A stretch of DNA of 64,000 bases from the human T2T-CHM13v2.0 reference genome, Homo sapiens. The notes beneath the pieces are model-generated. The model ran no database searches. It worked only from the letters and a program-made list of their open reading frames with translations, and was not told where the DNA came from. Location of the stretch: assembly GCF_009914755.1 (NCBI RefSeq), contig NC_060927.1, one strand, 5' to 3'. Of the stretch, positions 14,223-33,309 are shown piece by piece; positions within the stretch are counted from its first letter, which is position 1, and the number at the start of each line of letters is the position of its first letter. A program made the position numbers and the translations under genes.

Positions 14223-14378
14223 CCTCACCTGGAGAAGGCTGATACTTTCAAAACCCATTTACCTCATGTGATATTGGTGTCCTCCTTGCTCCCATGAGCT
14301 GCTTCCAGACCACCGTTCATTCTCCGTACTGCCCAACTCTTGGTTCCTACGCTATCTCACTTTCTCTACTTCATTGCT

Positions 14379-14695
14379 TTGTTTTTTCTTCTTTTTTTTT
14401 CTTTTTTTTTTTTGAGATGGAGTCTTGCTCCATCACCCAGGATGGAGTGTGCAGTGGTGTGATCTCAGCTCACTGCAACCTCCGCCTCTCTGGCTCAAGC
14501 AATTATCCTGCCCCAGCCTCCTGAGTAGCTGGGACTACAAGTGTGTGTCACCACGCCCTGCTAATTTTTTGTATTTTTAGTAGAGATGGGGTTTCACCAT
14601 GTTAGCCCGGATAGTCTCGATCTCCTGACTCGTGATTCTCCCACCTCGGCCTCCCAAAGTGCTGGGATTACAGGTGTGAGCCACCGTGCTCGGCC
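14379..14695 (-). mobile_element. Alu (AluSc-like)
   Basis: Full dimer with poly-T at the left end; TSD TCATTGCT on both sides. Confidence 0.95.
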
Positions 14696-16358
14696 TCATT
14701 GCTATTATTAATCAACCTCCTGACCATTCCTTCTCATTTTTTAATGACTGGGACATGGTCCACTGTGCAAGTCCAGAGAGAGAGGAGCTCAGTATTCTGT
14801 CCTCCATGACTTTTAGATACTCATTCAGTGATATTTTTCACCAGTCCACAGCAGTTCTCAATTTCTATGGTCATAATCTTGATTTGTATTTCTCTGGACT
14901 GCTCCATTTGTGAAGTCACTAATTCAGATATCTTACTGTCAGATGACAGCTTTCTACCTTCAAGTTATCTGTTTGTCTACTTCCACTACAAGTTTTCTGA
15001 CATCAGGGTTTCCAGACAGCAGAGTCCACGATCCATAATTTTAATTACCCTTTTTTCAATACTCTGAACCCCCTTGCCAATTACCTGGCCAACCTGCAAA
15101 CCTGAATGAACTCAACTAAATGGCTTTCCTTTTCAGCTCTTGTAAATGCTGTTTGAGAAAACCATGTAACTAGTTGTTTTCTTTTTAATCAGAATGTGTG
15201 TTCATCATGAACTGATTCTTCAGTACTGCTTAGGAACTCTATTATTTGTTTTGTAGTCAGATCATTTCTTGTTTCCTGCAACAATTATTGAAATTCTCTG
15301 AATCCTGATATTTTGTTTTTGTACATATGTTGTTTATGCCTACAGCCTATAGTAAGCAAACACAAACAGCTAAGCAGTAAAACTCCAGGTAACTGAAGCT
15401 GGGAGCAATATCAGATGTTACAATCAAGCAATCTGGAGTTCATGTTTTCTGTGTAGAGAGGGAGCCTTTGTGAGGTAGGACTCAGCCTGGAAGCTCCAAT
15501 AAACACAGTTCAGATGGACTGAGAAAGAGCCAGAAGGCACAGAGCAGAGAGCATGCAGGGCAGAAAGGCCATTCCCAGGTAGTAAGTGGCTGAGCCTGGC
15601 ATTTTTCAGGGCTTTTGGAAGGACAAGTCTTCTTAAATTGTGCCGACAATGGAGTGGCTACAAGTCACAGAAATACCACTGATAAAGCCTCCAAGGAGTC
15701 TGACTGTAAGGAACCTTTATCCAGGGAGTTGGAGAATTCTCTACTATTAAAATTAATAACCTCAGTTCTGCTCCAATGTGGGACACAAAAAGTGTGGGAT
15801 GCAGAAGAGGTCAGCAGATGGCAGCACTAGATGATGAGGAAGAGAATCCAAACGGATGGGAACAGAACTATTTCCTTATTTCCTTATTTCCTTTGACCCC
15901 CTAGCAAAGGGTTTCTTGAAGAGTGCACATACACAAGGTAATTATTTGTAGTTTTTGATATGCACTCATACACTGATAGTTTTTAAATGCTGTATGTGAC
16001 TTTTTTGTAGTTTAGGTGTTCTGTATCCTATACTAATTCTTTTACTTCTTCATATATTTACATACAGATGATATTACCTTTAAACAGGTTATTCCTTGCT
16101 GAATAAGCTGTACTTTGTATAAGCATAGTCCAACTGCTGAATAGTTTTACAATGGTTTGGTATATTTAAACAGAAAGAGGAAATGGATTCTCTTTTTACG
16201 TTATAATAGCTACAGAATTCTATAAGCTTATTGGTGGTTGTTAGAAAGTATCATTATCCTAGAATTTTCAATTATGGAAAGCATTTTTAAGTACATTTTT
16301 AAGCATTTGAAGTGTTGATGGTTAATCATGAGAAATTTGAGTTTTCCTATGATGATGG

Positions 16359-16718
16359 TGATATGGTTTGGCTCTGTGTATCCACCCAAATCACATCTTG
16401 AATTGTAATTCCCATGTGTCGAGGGAGGGAGGTGATTGGATTGGGTGGCAGTTTCCCCCATGCTATTCTTGTGATGATGAGTGAGTTCTCACGAAATCGA
16501 ATGGTTGTATAAGCACCTGGCATTTCCCCTGCTTTGCGCTTCTCCCTGGTGCTACCATGTCAAGAAGGTCCTTGCAACACCTTCGCCTGCCACCATGATT
16601 GTAAGTTTCCTGAGGCTTCCCCAGCCATGTGGAACTGTCAGTCAATTAAACCTCTTCCTTTTATAAATTACCCAGTCTTGGGTATTTCTTTACAAAACTG
16701 TGAAAATGGACAAATACC
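16359..16718 (+). mobile_element. THE1D-like (ERVL-MaLR) solo LTR
   Basis: TGATATGGTTTGGCTCTGTG...CAATTAAACCTCTT..TTTATAAATTACCCAGTCT..GGAC.AATAC; near-TSD GATGG/GATAG. Confidence 0.92.
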
Positions 16719-18199
16719 GATAGCTTGGATTGTAATGAAAAGAAAAATCACAAGTCATTTTATCAAAATGTTCAACAAACAGGGGGGAAGTGACCAGAAT
16801 GTCAATGGGTGACAAATGTCGAGTGTTACCAACTATTATGCATCTAGTGAGGAAATATTTCACATTTAAGAGAAAAAGTAATGTATCCGGAGGCAGCAAT
16901 GGTGAGCTAAGAGATTTTGTGCTTTCTGCACTCTCAGGTAACAGAATCAGGTATAGGAATATGAACAGTCACCACTTGACTTGTCTTCAGGGGAACCTAT
17001 GTTCCAACTTGGTTTTAGTTGATGTAGGGAGTTTGAAGAAACATTAGGTAAAACATATGTGGATAAATATATTTACCACAAAACTAGGATTCTAGAAAAA
17101 ATAAGGTTGGATTAAAAGGAGCATCAATTTGAAAAAAAAAAAAGGCAAAATGAAGAAATCACAAGGTTGTATGTGAATACTGGGATTGAGCAAGTAGCTC
17201 ACTAGAGCCATCTTACATTTGTCCAGTGACCAAGAATGAAGTGGGTACGGGCCACAGTTAAACCGATAGTTTTTGAGGCTACCATCTTAGAAGTACAGGT
17301 GAGACTATTAGACAGCGTACAGAGAGTATGTTCCTGAATTTTTCTGCTGTTTTGGTTCGTTCTTTGAGGTAATTTTTTAGTAGTGAATTCTCCCTAGGCA
17401 ATGGCAGGAAAATATTTGGCTCTTGAGGTTAACTTCCAGGGTGTGATCCCAGTTGCTATTGAGGGCATTTAACTTGCTTGGATAAAAATAGTCTTTAATT
17501 ACAGTTCCTAATGGGTATTGGTTTGATTCTGAATTCTTACCTCATTATTTCGTGTAACCTCTAAACAATCTAGCAACTTAGGTAGTACAACCTGTTTTAA
17601 TAATGAGGCTAAAATAACAGTTTCAGTGGCAGAGGCCTGCAAACATTCCTAACCTCTTCTCAACTGGGAAGAGCCACTGGGGAAGTATTCACTTGTGCCT
17701 GGAGTTATGCTCAAAGTCAAACTTAGGGAGAGTTTGGAGAAAAGTAAGCCTGTTGTCATGTCAGCAGTAGTACAACATTCTCTTCAGGGAATGATCAAGA
17801 CTTTGACGGTTTAGGAATACACTTTTCTCAAAACACCCTAACAGAAGTTTTTTAAATGATAGAGAATATTATCTTTTTATAGTCATATTATAACATATGA
17901 ATATGGATAAGTATGCAGGCTAATAAGAAGGTATATGGGCATTGTGTCATTGATATTAAATTAATAATAATTTTTTAAAGTAACAACAGTAAAAGCCAAA
18001 AGAATAATACGGCAACAGTGAAAAAGGTGATTTTCTGAAGAGTAAGAACACTACCAGTTGGCTAAATCTCTTTAGCCTTTTATTTAATAGCTAAGTTTAA
18101 GTTAAACCATTCAAGAAGTCATTCAATTTTATTCATCATTATATCTTTATTTAAAAGCAAAAGATCTAAAACCTGACATCACAGAGAAAAATCCAACAT

Positions 18200-18820
18200 T
18201 TTGGCAGACGTATCTGGCATCATCTGCAATTTAGGGTTCCTTTTTATCTATCCATTTCTCAGCTGTAATAAGTCTTCTTCCACTGTGCTCTGGGAGCAAT
18301 AGTTTGCTACATGCTCCTCCAGGGGCTAAAGACTTCTGTTTTATAAGGGCTAGGGTCTAGCTGGCTTCCTGGTTTTTCTTTGGAAAGGAGCTTTTCCTTC
18401 CTCCAGGCATGCACCAGTGAGAGAAGCTTTCTGTAATCTCCATGCCTGCCATCTTTGTTATTAGTATGCATTGGAAGGAAGCCTGTAGAGAAGAGATAGT
18501 GAGTGGGTGTGGATTCCACTTACCTCTGTTGCTCTGAGGGATTCTATTTTCTTACCCAAGCTTAAACTAAGCCTTTAGAAATTTGTTCACATTCCAGCTG
18601 GATTCCTCTTACTTGTTCATGTGTCCCTGACATCCATCTTTTCCTTACATGCTCTAACACAGGTGAAGCATGCTTATGTCATGTCTTGACTTGGATTTCA
18701 GGCTACTTAGCTCTCTGATGGGTTCAAGAGAAGTTATGATTTTGCAGTTTATCTGGCTTTTTCTTGTCCTCAGAGCAGTAGTAACACTCTTTACATATTT
18801 CTGCACCCTAGGCAGAAGCA
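18200..18820 (-). mobile_element. Ancient L1MC-like 5'-end fragment
   Basis: CTCTGATGGGTTCAAGAGAAGTTATGATTTTGCAGTTTATCTGGCTTTTTCTTG resembles a reverse L1MC 5' end as recalled. Confidence 0.5.
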
Positions 18821-19631
18821 CCTGGATCCATAACTTCTCTTAATATTTAACATTTACCACCTTGTCCTTTCCCTGCTATGTTTTGAACGAAGTCCTCAAT
18901 ACTATATTTGTCTTTATCCAGTCTGCATTTTTTACTTTTTTAGTGATTTTTTTTAGTAATTACAGCTTTCTTCCAGGATTACTTATTTTCTGTATTTTTT
19001 CTGTTCTTAATTTATATTTGGTTGTTTTTGGTTTCTCAGTTTTTATTTTTTAAGTGTGCTATTTATTCCTCTATCTTTTTGACAACACTAAATATACTTA
19101 GGTTAAAGTAATTTTTAGATTGTTCTATTATTTTCAATTCACTGGGAGTGAATTTATCTCTAGGATTATATTATTTATTATTTGATTTTCCTCAATAATA
19201 GCTTATCACTTATGCTTTCTTTCTAGCCTTTTCTAAATAGTTAATTTATCTCTCTCTCTCTCTCTCTGTACCCATGATCTCTCTGCCACACATGTGGCAA
19301 CATTGCATATCTCACCTCCATGCCAGTGGGTGGCCTGACCCATTTCCAGGTTATACAGTGGTCTCTTACCCTGCCCACTGAGCAGACCTAGGCAGAGGTC
19401 AGCGTTTTTATCAGTCCTAGTCCCTGATGTCACAATGGAGCCTGATTCTGGTTTTTGCTGTGTGTTGGATGCTTTTCATCTCTTTTATTTGTAGCAGTTG
19501 ACTTCCTTGTGGCTTTTTACTTTCTTTCAGACCTAGAAGCCAGCAAGGCCTGTAGCTTTAACCTTTCTTAACACTGTGTGTTTCTCTTCTATTTTGGGCC
19601 AATGAAAATGTTTGTCTTTGAACATAATGAC

Positions 19632-20125
19632 TGTATGACGGTTCTTCAGAGAAACAGAAACAAAGCATGTATATCTTGAATAGCATAAATAAAATATTTA
19701 TTGTAAGGGATTGTGTCATGCAATTGTGGACACTTAAAGTCCAAGATCTACAATTGGCAAGTCTACCCAAAAGAACCAATTGTAAAGTTCCAATTCAAAT
19801 CTGAAGGCCTGAGAACCAGGATAACTAATGGTGTAAGCCCCACATCCAAGTTCAAATGCTGGAGAAGACTAAAGTCTCAGCTCAAAGACAGTGGGAAGAG
19901 AAACAGAATGCTCTGTTCTCCCACCTTTTTGTTCCATTTAGGTCTTTAATGAATTGGATGAGACCTACCCACATTGAGGGGAGCAATGTTCTTCACTTAC
20001 TCTACAGAATCAAATGTTGATCTCACCGAGAAACACTCTCACAGGCACACCCGGTATGATGTATAGCCAAATATCTGGGGCACCCTGTGGCCCAGTCAAA
20101 TTGACTTATAAAGTTCACCATCATA
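19632..20125 (-). mobile_element. MLT2B/C (ERVL) LTR
   Basis: GGTTCTTCAGAGAAACAGAA...TCTGAAGGCCTGAGAACCAGG...GGCACCCTGTGGCCCAGTCAAATTGAC..ATAAA..CACCATCA. Confidence 0.85.
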
Positions 20126-20419
20126 ACTACACCGTTTCATATCATTTTTTAAAAGTTATTGATAAAAGTTTGGTGTGAGAAGAGCACTTAATCATTGAAC
20201 TTACACTGCCATTTTGGGAATCCAGAACAAATAAATGTTATTGCTTTATTTAGTAATAAACTTGGATAAATGTACATAGTAAATAATGTATGGTTAATAA
20301 TGTATAGAAATTTATTAAAAAGGTAATGAGTTTATATATTATACATTGCTATATATCCTAGCTCCAGAAATTACTATCTATGTGGTAGTTTGTGAATTCC
20401 CAAATAATGTCAATTTTTT

Positions 20420-20578
20420 TACACTCAGTGTCTGTTTCCTCAGCTGTGCAGTGGAGATAGTAAAGAATACCTATTTAAAAGGATTATTGTGAAGATCATG
20501 TAAGGAGCTTAGATTGGTGTCTGACACATTGAAAGCTCTTGATAGCTGTTGTCTATTATTGTTACTATTATTATTATC
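20420..20578 (+). mobile_element. MIR SINE 3' part
   Basis: GTTTCCTCAGCTGT...GGAGATAGTAA..ATACCTA...GGATTATTGTGAAGAT...TATTATT tail. Confidence 0.65.
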
Positions 20579-20854
20579 AGTGTTTGTGTATGTATGCAAA
20601 ATTAAATGGAATATATGCCTATCTTTGCATTCAGTTACTTATTCCTAGGGCAAAGCATAGGAATTAGACCTACACAGTCAGAGCCTTGTACTTTTTAACC
20701 TGTATATTTATTTTTGTTATACCAGCTGCCTTGATGCAAAAATTGTGCACCAGGCTCTTTACCACTAGCCTTGTAAACCTAAATCCATAAAATAATGGTC
20801 AAGTACACTTACACACTTACACACACACAAAGATTCTCTTTATCATATTATGTC

Positions 20855-21147
<293 letters not shown>

Positions 21148-21354
21148 CATATTATGTCCTTTAAATATGACATAACATGACATTACATTTAGCTTTTAGT
21201 TTTAATAACTTACATATATATAAAGACACATATATAAGCATATATATATATATTTGCTGCTTTAAATATTGCTTGTTCATTTCAAACTTTCAGTACTTCT
21301 CTACACTACACACAAACACAGATAAACACACATACTCACATACAAAATTTAAAG

Positions 21355-22420
21355 ATGACTTTGAGTTTTATGCCATTGATCAAATAGATACTATCAAGTA
21401 GAAGCTCCTTCAACTTCCCTGCAAATTCTGCGAGTTTACTTGTATCTGCATTTATTGCCATCCTCTTAACTTTAGTTTTCAGGCTCTTCTACATTCTCAA
21501 GAACCTTATCAACCTTCCCTTCTCTCTGTTATCAATCTGACCCTCTCTACTTGGTTCTTTCGATCAACAATTCAAAGTTAATCTCTCCGATAGTAAAAGC
21601 AAAAATCAAAAAGAAAAATACCTGACCCAATTTCTCTTTGCAGCTACAAATCGATCTCTATCCTTCTCTTTACAGTCAAACTTCTGGAATGAAGTTCATG
21701 ATGACTGTTTTCGTTTCTTCTCCTCTAACTGACTGCTAACACACTTTAGTTTGGCTTCGGTCCTGAATTTTCCACAACAACTGTTTCACTGAGGCCACCA
21801 GTGTCCACACTGGACACTTTACAATTCTCATTTTTATCCTCTCACCAGCATTTGCTGCTTTTCACCTCCTTTTTTCTCCTTTTTAAGATCATTTTGGTAC
21901 GTACACCCTAAAATGCTGTTATTCCACCCATCTGTGTCAGAGGCCCTTTTCTCTTCCTTGTTTTTACACTCTGATTAACGATCTCTCCTATCCATCATGC
22001 ACGTGCTGACAGTTCCCAAATATCCACAATATCCACAATGTCCACAGTACTCCCCTTGACTCCAGATCTATCATCAATGCCTAGCTGCTGTTTTCCACTT
22101 GGATTTCCCACAAGTACCTAAAATTCAACATATCCCAAGAAAGTAAATTATTTTTTATTCCCCAAACTGCTATTTCTTCAGAATTGGTTATCTTAGTAAA
22201 TGGCACAATAAGCTACTCAACTCCTCAGGCAGGAAATCTGGAGATGGTCTCCAGTGTTTTGTCTCTCTCACTTTCCTCTCCATGTCCTATCAGTTCTATC
22301 TCCTGAATAACTTTCATAATTTTCCATTTACATCCATTTCCACTGCTACTATTCTATCTATACCACCACCACTCTAGTGTCAATAATGTGAACACCATTG
22401 AAGGTCTGCAATAACCTCTT
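21355..22420 (+). mobile_element. L2 internal (ORF2) remnant
   Basis: CT-rich degraded L2 motifs, e.g. CCACTTGGATTTCCCACAAGTACCTAAAATTCAACATATCCCAA and CAGTCAAACTTCTGGA. Confidence 0.7.
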
Positions 22421-22427
22421 TCTAAAA

Positions 22428-22856
22428 AAATTATATAAATTTAAGGGGTACAAGTGCAGTTTTGTTACATAGATATATTAAGTAGTGGTAAAGTCTAGGC
22501 TTTTAGTGTAACCATTACCTGAATAACGTACATTTTACCTATTAAGTAATTTCTTGTCTCTCACCCCCACCCATCCTCCCAACCTTCAAGTCTCCAATGT
22601 CTATCATTCCAAACTCTATATCCATGTGTACACATTATTTAGCTCCTACTAATAATTTACCTCCCATTATTTAGTTCTCACTGAGAACATGTGATATCTG
22701 ACTTTTTGTTTCTGAGTTATTTGACTTTAGAGTAATGGCCTCCAGTTTTATCTATATTGCTGCAAAAGAAATGATTTTATTATTTTTATGGCTGTATAGT
22801 GTTCAATTGTGTGTGTGTGTACTTTCTATTTTCTGTATATATATTATATGTGTATC

Positions 22857-22888
<32 letters not shown>

Positions 22889-23597
22889 TACACATTCCAT
22901 TATGTATATATACACGCATTCCATTCTGACTGGTTTAAGATGATACATCATTGTGTTTTTAATTTGTATTTCTCTGATGATTAGTAAGGTTTGAGCATTT
23001 TTTGTATGCTTTTTGACCATTTGTATGTCGTGTTTGAAAAATGTCTATTCATATCTTTTGCCCCCTTTTTAATGGGGTTATTTTTCCCCTGCCTCTGGCT
23101 CCACATCCAATGGGGTTATTTTGTTATTATTGTGGGTGTTGACTTGTTTGATTTCCTTGTAAATTGTGGATATTAGCCTCCTTTCAGATATCTAGTTTGC
23201 AAACATTTTCTCCCATTGTATAGGTCATCTGTTTACTCTGTTGATTATTTCTTTTGCTGTGCAGAAGTGTTTTAGTTTAACTAAGTCCCATTTGTCTATT
23301 TTTGTCTTTGTTGCTTGTGCTTCTGAAGTCTTACTTATTAATTTTTTGCGTAGATCAATATCCAGAAGAGTTCTATAGGTTTTCTTCTAGTATTTTTATA
23401 GTTTTGGATCTTACATTTAAGTCTTTAATCCATCTTGAGTTAAATTTTGTATATGGTGAACGGTATAGGTCCAATTTTATTCTTCTGCATGTGGCAATCC
23501 CATTACTCCAGCACTATTTCTTAAAAGGAGTGTCCTTCCCCCACTGTATATTTTTGGCAATTTTGCCAAAGGTCAGTTGGCTGCAGATACGTGTGCA
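22428..23597 (-). mobile_element. L1PB4/L1MA-like 3' fragment
   Basis: TTTAAGGGGTACAAGTGCAGTTTTGTTACAT..GTAGTGGTAAAGTCTAGGCTTTTAGTGTAACCAT 3' UTR, then the ORF2 C-terminal region in reverse. Confidence 0.85.
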
Positions 23598-24208
23598 ATG
23601 ACCTTTTAATAAATTTTCTTTCTTACATATTTCTTTTTATTCATTTATTCATTGATTATAAATATTTATGAAGTATTTACATGTGCAAGATAAACCACGT
23701 GCCGGGTACCCTAGCAAATTAAGACAAACAAACCAATCTGTGAACCACTTCTCAAACAGGGCAGATGAAAATGCATAAATAAAAATTACTGAGAAGCAAA
23801 TGGTGATGCTTGCAACAAAGTTATTACAGATGAAGTGCCAGAGAAGTTCAAAAGAAAAAGTACTACTTCCATCTTGAAGGTAAAGGAAGGAGGTTTCATG
23901 GCAGAGGAGACATTTGAACTGAAATCTACGTTTTTTGGCTCAAGAGTATTGGGGTTAAAAAGATAAAGAGAAAAAAGTATTTGGAAAAGGAATGCTCAAA
24001 AAGAAGAAACCAGAGTGAAGTAAAAGCAAGTAGGGGGAATGTTTATGCACATCACTAAATGTAGCATCCAGGGGCTGGGTGCTCAAAGGAGTTCATTGGA
24101 AGATGAGGCTGAGAAGTAAACACTTAACATAATTTATGGGGGTACATTATTCCCACATTCCTTACCCCTCTGTATATTGCATTTGATTGGTAACATATAG
24201 AAAAAGAG

Positions 24209-24622
<414 letters not shown>

Positions 24623-26958
24623 TCATCATGCCTACCCACTTTAGAGCCACATTTCACCTGGCTCCTACACCCACAGGCAATCTTTACGAAAGGGAAAATT
24701 TCTATTAGGAAATCCTTCTAGGCTGCACATTACCTCTCTATATGTGTAGGGGCAAATATCTATCACCTTCTAGCGATCAAAATGGTTTAGTTAGCTCAAA
24801 GCAGCTATTACATAAACCAAAATCTTAGATATAATAATATGAGCTTAAGGTAAAGTCTAAAAGGCTCCTTTTCATAATAACATCACACATATTGAGTACT
24901 TCTACTATATTTTCCATTGTGAGAGTACTAGAATAAATGTGAACCTGCTACTTCAGGCTTGCAACCTGATTTATGAATTTAAAAATTATAATTACTACTT
25001 TAAGCATTAACTATAGTACATTTATTTCTCTGAAAGACAGAAAATGAGAAAGAAATGTGAGAGGGCAATTATCTCCAGCTTGAATCCTAAGATACTTAAA
25101 TCATCTCGTTTCCTTTGCATTAAATATTTATATTGATTTCTTAATACTGTAAGGGAGACTTAACTCTATTTATATATAAATGACTGGAAGAACATGTTTA
25201 TACTTTGAACTGAACTAGATTATTAAGAAATAGGCACTTGATATTGTATAAAGAAGTATTTTGTTACTTTAATGTAGTCCATAAATTATAATTGAGCATA
25301 TGAAAACAAAACACATTTACTCATTACAAACAGGGAAATTTACTCTGAACCAAATTTTTGCCATTTTAAGTTTAAGCCAATCATCATTTTAAGAGGGATT
25401 CTCCTAAAACATTTTCTTGCTCTTTTAAAAAATCATTTAAATATATGTTTTTAGAGTTAGCTTTGAACTCCATTTATTTTTCTGGATCTCATTTTTCTTT
25501 CCTTTTCTGGACAGAAACTTACATTTATCACCTTTTTTTTCTTAATGAACTTAATACATCTTTCTTCGTTAAACATGCTCAGTTCTCCTCCAAATTAAAA
25601 ATAAATCATTTTTTTGGTAGCTGGCAAGATGGCCGAATAGGAACAGCTTCAGTTTGTAGCTCCCAGTGAGATTAATGCAGAAGGTGGGTGATTTCTGCCT
25701 TTCCAACTGAGGTACCCAGCTCATCTCATTGGGACTGGTTAGACAGTGGATGCAGCCCATGGAGGGTGAGCCAAAGCAGGGTGGGGTGTCACCTCAACCT
25801 GGAAGTGCAAGGGGTTGGGAAACTCCCTCCCCTAGCCAAGGGAAGCCCTGAGGGACTGTGCCGTGAGGAACAGTGCATTCCAGCCCAGATACTATGCTTT
25901 CCCCACAGTCTTTGCAACCTGCAGACCAGGAGATTCCCTCGGGGGCCTACACCACCAGGGCCCTGGGTTTCAAGCACAACACTGGGTGGCTGTTTGGGCA
26001 GACACCGAGTTAGGTGGAGGAGTTTTTTTTATACCCCAGTGGCGCCTGGAATGCCAGCGAGAGAGAACCATTCACTCCCCTAGAAAGGGGGCTGAAGTCA
26101 GGGAGCCAAGTGGTCTAGCTCAGCGGTTCCCACCTGCCACGGAGCCCAGCAAGCTAAGATACACTGGATTGAAATTCTCGCTGCCAGCACAGCAGTCTGA
26201 AGTTGACGTGGGACTCTCGAGCTTGATGCAGGGAGGGGCGTCCACCATTACTGAGGCTTGAGTAGGTGATTTTCCCCTCCCAGTGTAAACAAAGCTGGTT
26301 GGAAGTTGAAACTGGGCAGAGCCCACCACAGCTCCACAAAGCTTCTGTAGCCAGATTGCCTCTCTAGATTCCTCCTCTCTGGGCAGGGCATCTCTGAAAG
26401 AAAGGGAGAAGCCCCATTCAGGGGCTTATAGATAAAACTCCCATTTCCCTGGAACAGAGCACCTGGGGGAAGGGGCGGCTGTGGGCACAGCTTCAGGAAA
26501 CTTATATATTCCTACCTGCCGGCTCTGAAGAGAGCAGTGGATCTCCCAGCACAGCACTTGAGCTCTGCTATGGGACAGATGATGCCTCCTCAAGTGGGTC
26601 CCTGACCCCCGTGCCTCCTGACAGGGAGACACCTCCTAGCAGGGGTCGGCAGACACCTCATACAGGAGAGCTCCAGCGGGCATCAGGTGGATGCCCCTCT
26701 GGGACAAAGCTTCCCGAGGAAGGAGCAGGCAGCAATCTTCGCTGTTCTGCAGTCTCCACTGGTGATACCCAGGCAAACAGGATCTGGAGTGGACCTCCAG
26801 CAAACTCCAGCAGACCTGCAGCAGAGGGGCCTGACTATTAGAAGGAAAACTAACAATCAGAAAGGAATAGCATCAACATCAACAAAAAGGACATCCACAC
26901 AAAAACCCCATCCGAAGATCACCAACATCAAAGACCAAAGGTAGATAAATCCAGGAAG

Positions 26959-27976
26959 ATGAGGAAAAACAGTGCAAAAAGGCTGAAAATTCCAAACACC
27001 ACAAAACCTCTTCTCCTTTAAAGGATCACAACTCCTTGCCAGCAAAGGAACAAAACTGGAAGGAGAATGAGTTTGACGAATTGACAGAAGTAGGCTTCAG
27101 AAGGTGGGTAATAACAAACTTCTCTGAGCTAAAGGAGCATGTTCTAACCCAATACAAGGAAGCTAAGAACATTGAAAGAAGGTTAGACAAATTGCTAACT
27201 GATTAACCAGTTTAGAGAAGAACATAAATGACCTGATGGAGCTGAAAAAGACACCATGAGAACTTCGTGAAGCATACACAAGTATCAATAGCCGAATCAA
27301 TCAAGCGGAAGAAAGGATATCAGAGATTGAAGATCAGCTTAATCAAATAAAGCGTGAAGACAAGATTAGAGAAAAAAGAATGAAAAGAAATGAACAAAGC
27401 CTCCAAGAAATATGGGGCTATGTGAAAAGACCAAACCTATGTTTGATTGGTGTACCTGAAAGTGACAGGGAGAATGGAACCAAATTGGAAAACACTCTTC
27501 AGGATGTTATCCAGGAGAACGTCCCCAACCTAACAAGACAGGCCAACATTCAAATTTAGGAAATACAGAGAACACTACAAAGATACTCCTCAAGAAGAAC
27601 AACCCCAAGACACATAATTGTCAGATTCACCAAGGTTGAAATGAAGGAAAACGTGTTAAGGGCAGCGAAAGAGAAAGATCGGTTACCCACAAATGGAAGC
27701 CCATCAGACTAACGGCGGATCACTCTGTAGAAACCCTACAAGCCAGAAGAGAGTGAGGGTCAATATTCAATATTCTTAAAGAATTTTCAACCCAGAATTT
27801 CATATCCAGCCGAACTAAGCTTCATAAGCAAAAGAGAAATAAAATTCTTTACAGACAAACAAATGCTGAGAGATTTTGTCACCACCAGGCCTGCCTTACA
27901 AGAGCTCCTGAAGGGAGCACTAAATATGGAAAGGAAAAACTGGTACCAGCCACTGCAAAAACATACCAAATTGTAA
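26959..27976 (+). pseudogene. L1 ORF1p remnant (disrupted)
   Basis: From ATGAGGAAAAAC to AAATTGTAA. Premature stop and frameshifts (e.g. ATTCAAATTTAG); no long + strand ORF in the track. Confidence 0.9.
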
Positions 27977-28039
27977 AGACCATCAACACTATGAGGAAAC
28001 TGCATCAACTAATGGGCAAAATAACCAGCTAGCATCATA

Positions 28040-31834
<3,795 letters not shown>

Positions 31835-32859
31835 ACAATGAGAACACATGGACACAGGGAGGGTAATGTCACACACTGGGGCCTGTCAGGGGGTGCAGGG
31901 GCTAGGGGAGGAATAGCATTAGGAGAAATACCTAATGTAGATGACGGGTTGATGGGTACAGCAAACCACCATGGCATGTGTATACCTATGTAACAAACCT
32001 GCCAGTTCTACACATGTATCCCAAAACTTAAAGTATAATAATAAAAATATAATAAAATAAAAGCACCAAAACCCATTTTTTTCTTGATGACTCTACGTTT
32101 TATGGTGAAAAGCCTAATCTTTTTATCTTTCTGGATGATCTAAATTTCTATGTTTTATCAGTTTGCTCATTTACATCACTTCCTTCATTTGTTCGTTTTA
32201 TTCCTTCAAAATAAATATGCACTGAATTTCAGTCAGTCCTTGCTCCTTTCCTTCACTGAGTTTCCATTGCCCTCTTTAATTCACTTGTGTTGTTTGTGTT
32301 TTGTATATGTGTTTGTTTGTTTGTATATGTGTTTTGTTTAACCTTCTAATTAAAAGCTCTTTGAGGATAGTGTCTCTGCTTTGTGTATTTTTACGTCTTC
32401 TGAATATCTAATCAATTGCTTGGACAAGTCTCTTCAGTGAAGCACAGAATATATACAAGTCATTAATTTCTAGAACTTCTATTTTAACAGGCAGGGATAG
32501 AAAAGGAATTAAAGTAACATAAACAAATTGAACAGAGACGCAGAGGTGGGAAGCCATGATTTGTAGGTTTGCAGCCTCAAGAATCCACTTTTGCAAGACT
32601 GAAGGAACTGGAAAGAGGCTAAAAAAGGGAGAAAAACTGGGAGTAGCATGTGGTGAACTATTATTATGGCTGAAGTTAAAGTTTGCCCAGCAAATTGTTT
32701 CACCTTTCTTCTTTTGGTAAGCACCCTAGGCTTTTCCTACATTGGCCTTTACTGTATGTGTAAATCTTGTTGTGCTACCTTACCTCATACAGGGGTATAT
32801 GATGTGTCCTGCACTTGGTCAATAAAATTAACCCCATCTTCAGTCACAGAAAGGAAAGT

Positions 32860-33200
32860 GTGACCCAAGCAAAATCATTTTAAGTCCTCCATAGGATTTC
32901 TTTTCTGTAGTTAACAAGGTAATTTTCCCTGGGGATGTTGCCCTGAAGAGTATGTCTGGAATTGCTGACAGGCGTCCTGCCCCAAAGGTGAAGAGAGGCT
33001 TCCTGAAAATAAAGGCAAGCCAAGGAATGAAGAAAATGAAAGGAGAAAAACTTAAGGACCTCAGTTAAGGCTCTGAATACAATCAGGGTGAGAGCTAAAT
33101 GCACCTTCAACTTCTCAGTTAGGTAACTGAGTTTGGGAGTTTGCTTTTTTCACTTAATTGGGCCTGAGCTGAGTTTCTATCACTTTCATTATAAAGAGGA
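32860..33200 (+). mobile_element. Old MLT1 (J/K/L-like) LTR fragment
   Basis: 3' end GAGCTGAGTTTCTATCACTT..AAAGAG and ACTTCTCAGTTA motif. Confidence 0.45.
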
Positions 33201-33309
33201 TGGGTGATGTTGAAAGATGTCTGTATTTTTAACAATGAAATGGAAGATCATCGAACATTTAAAAAAAAGTAGTAATGCACTATTCAACTTCTTTTTGTTG
33301 TTGTTGTTG

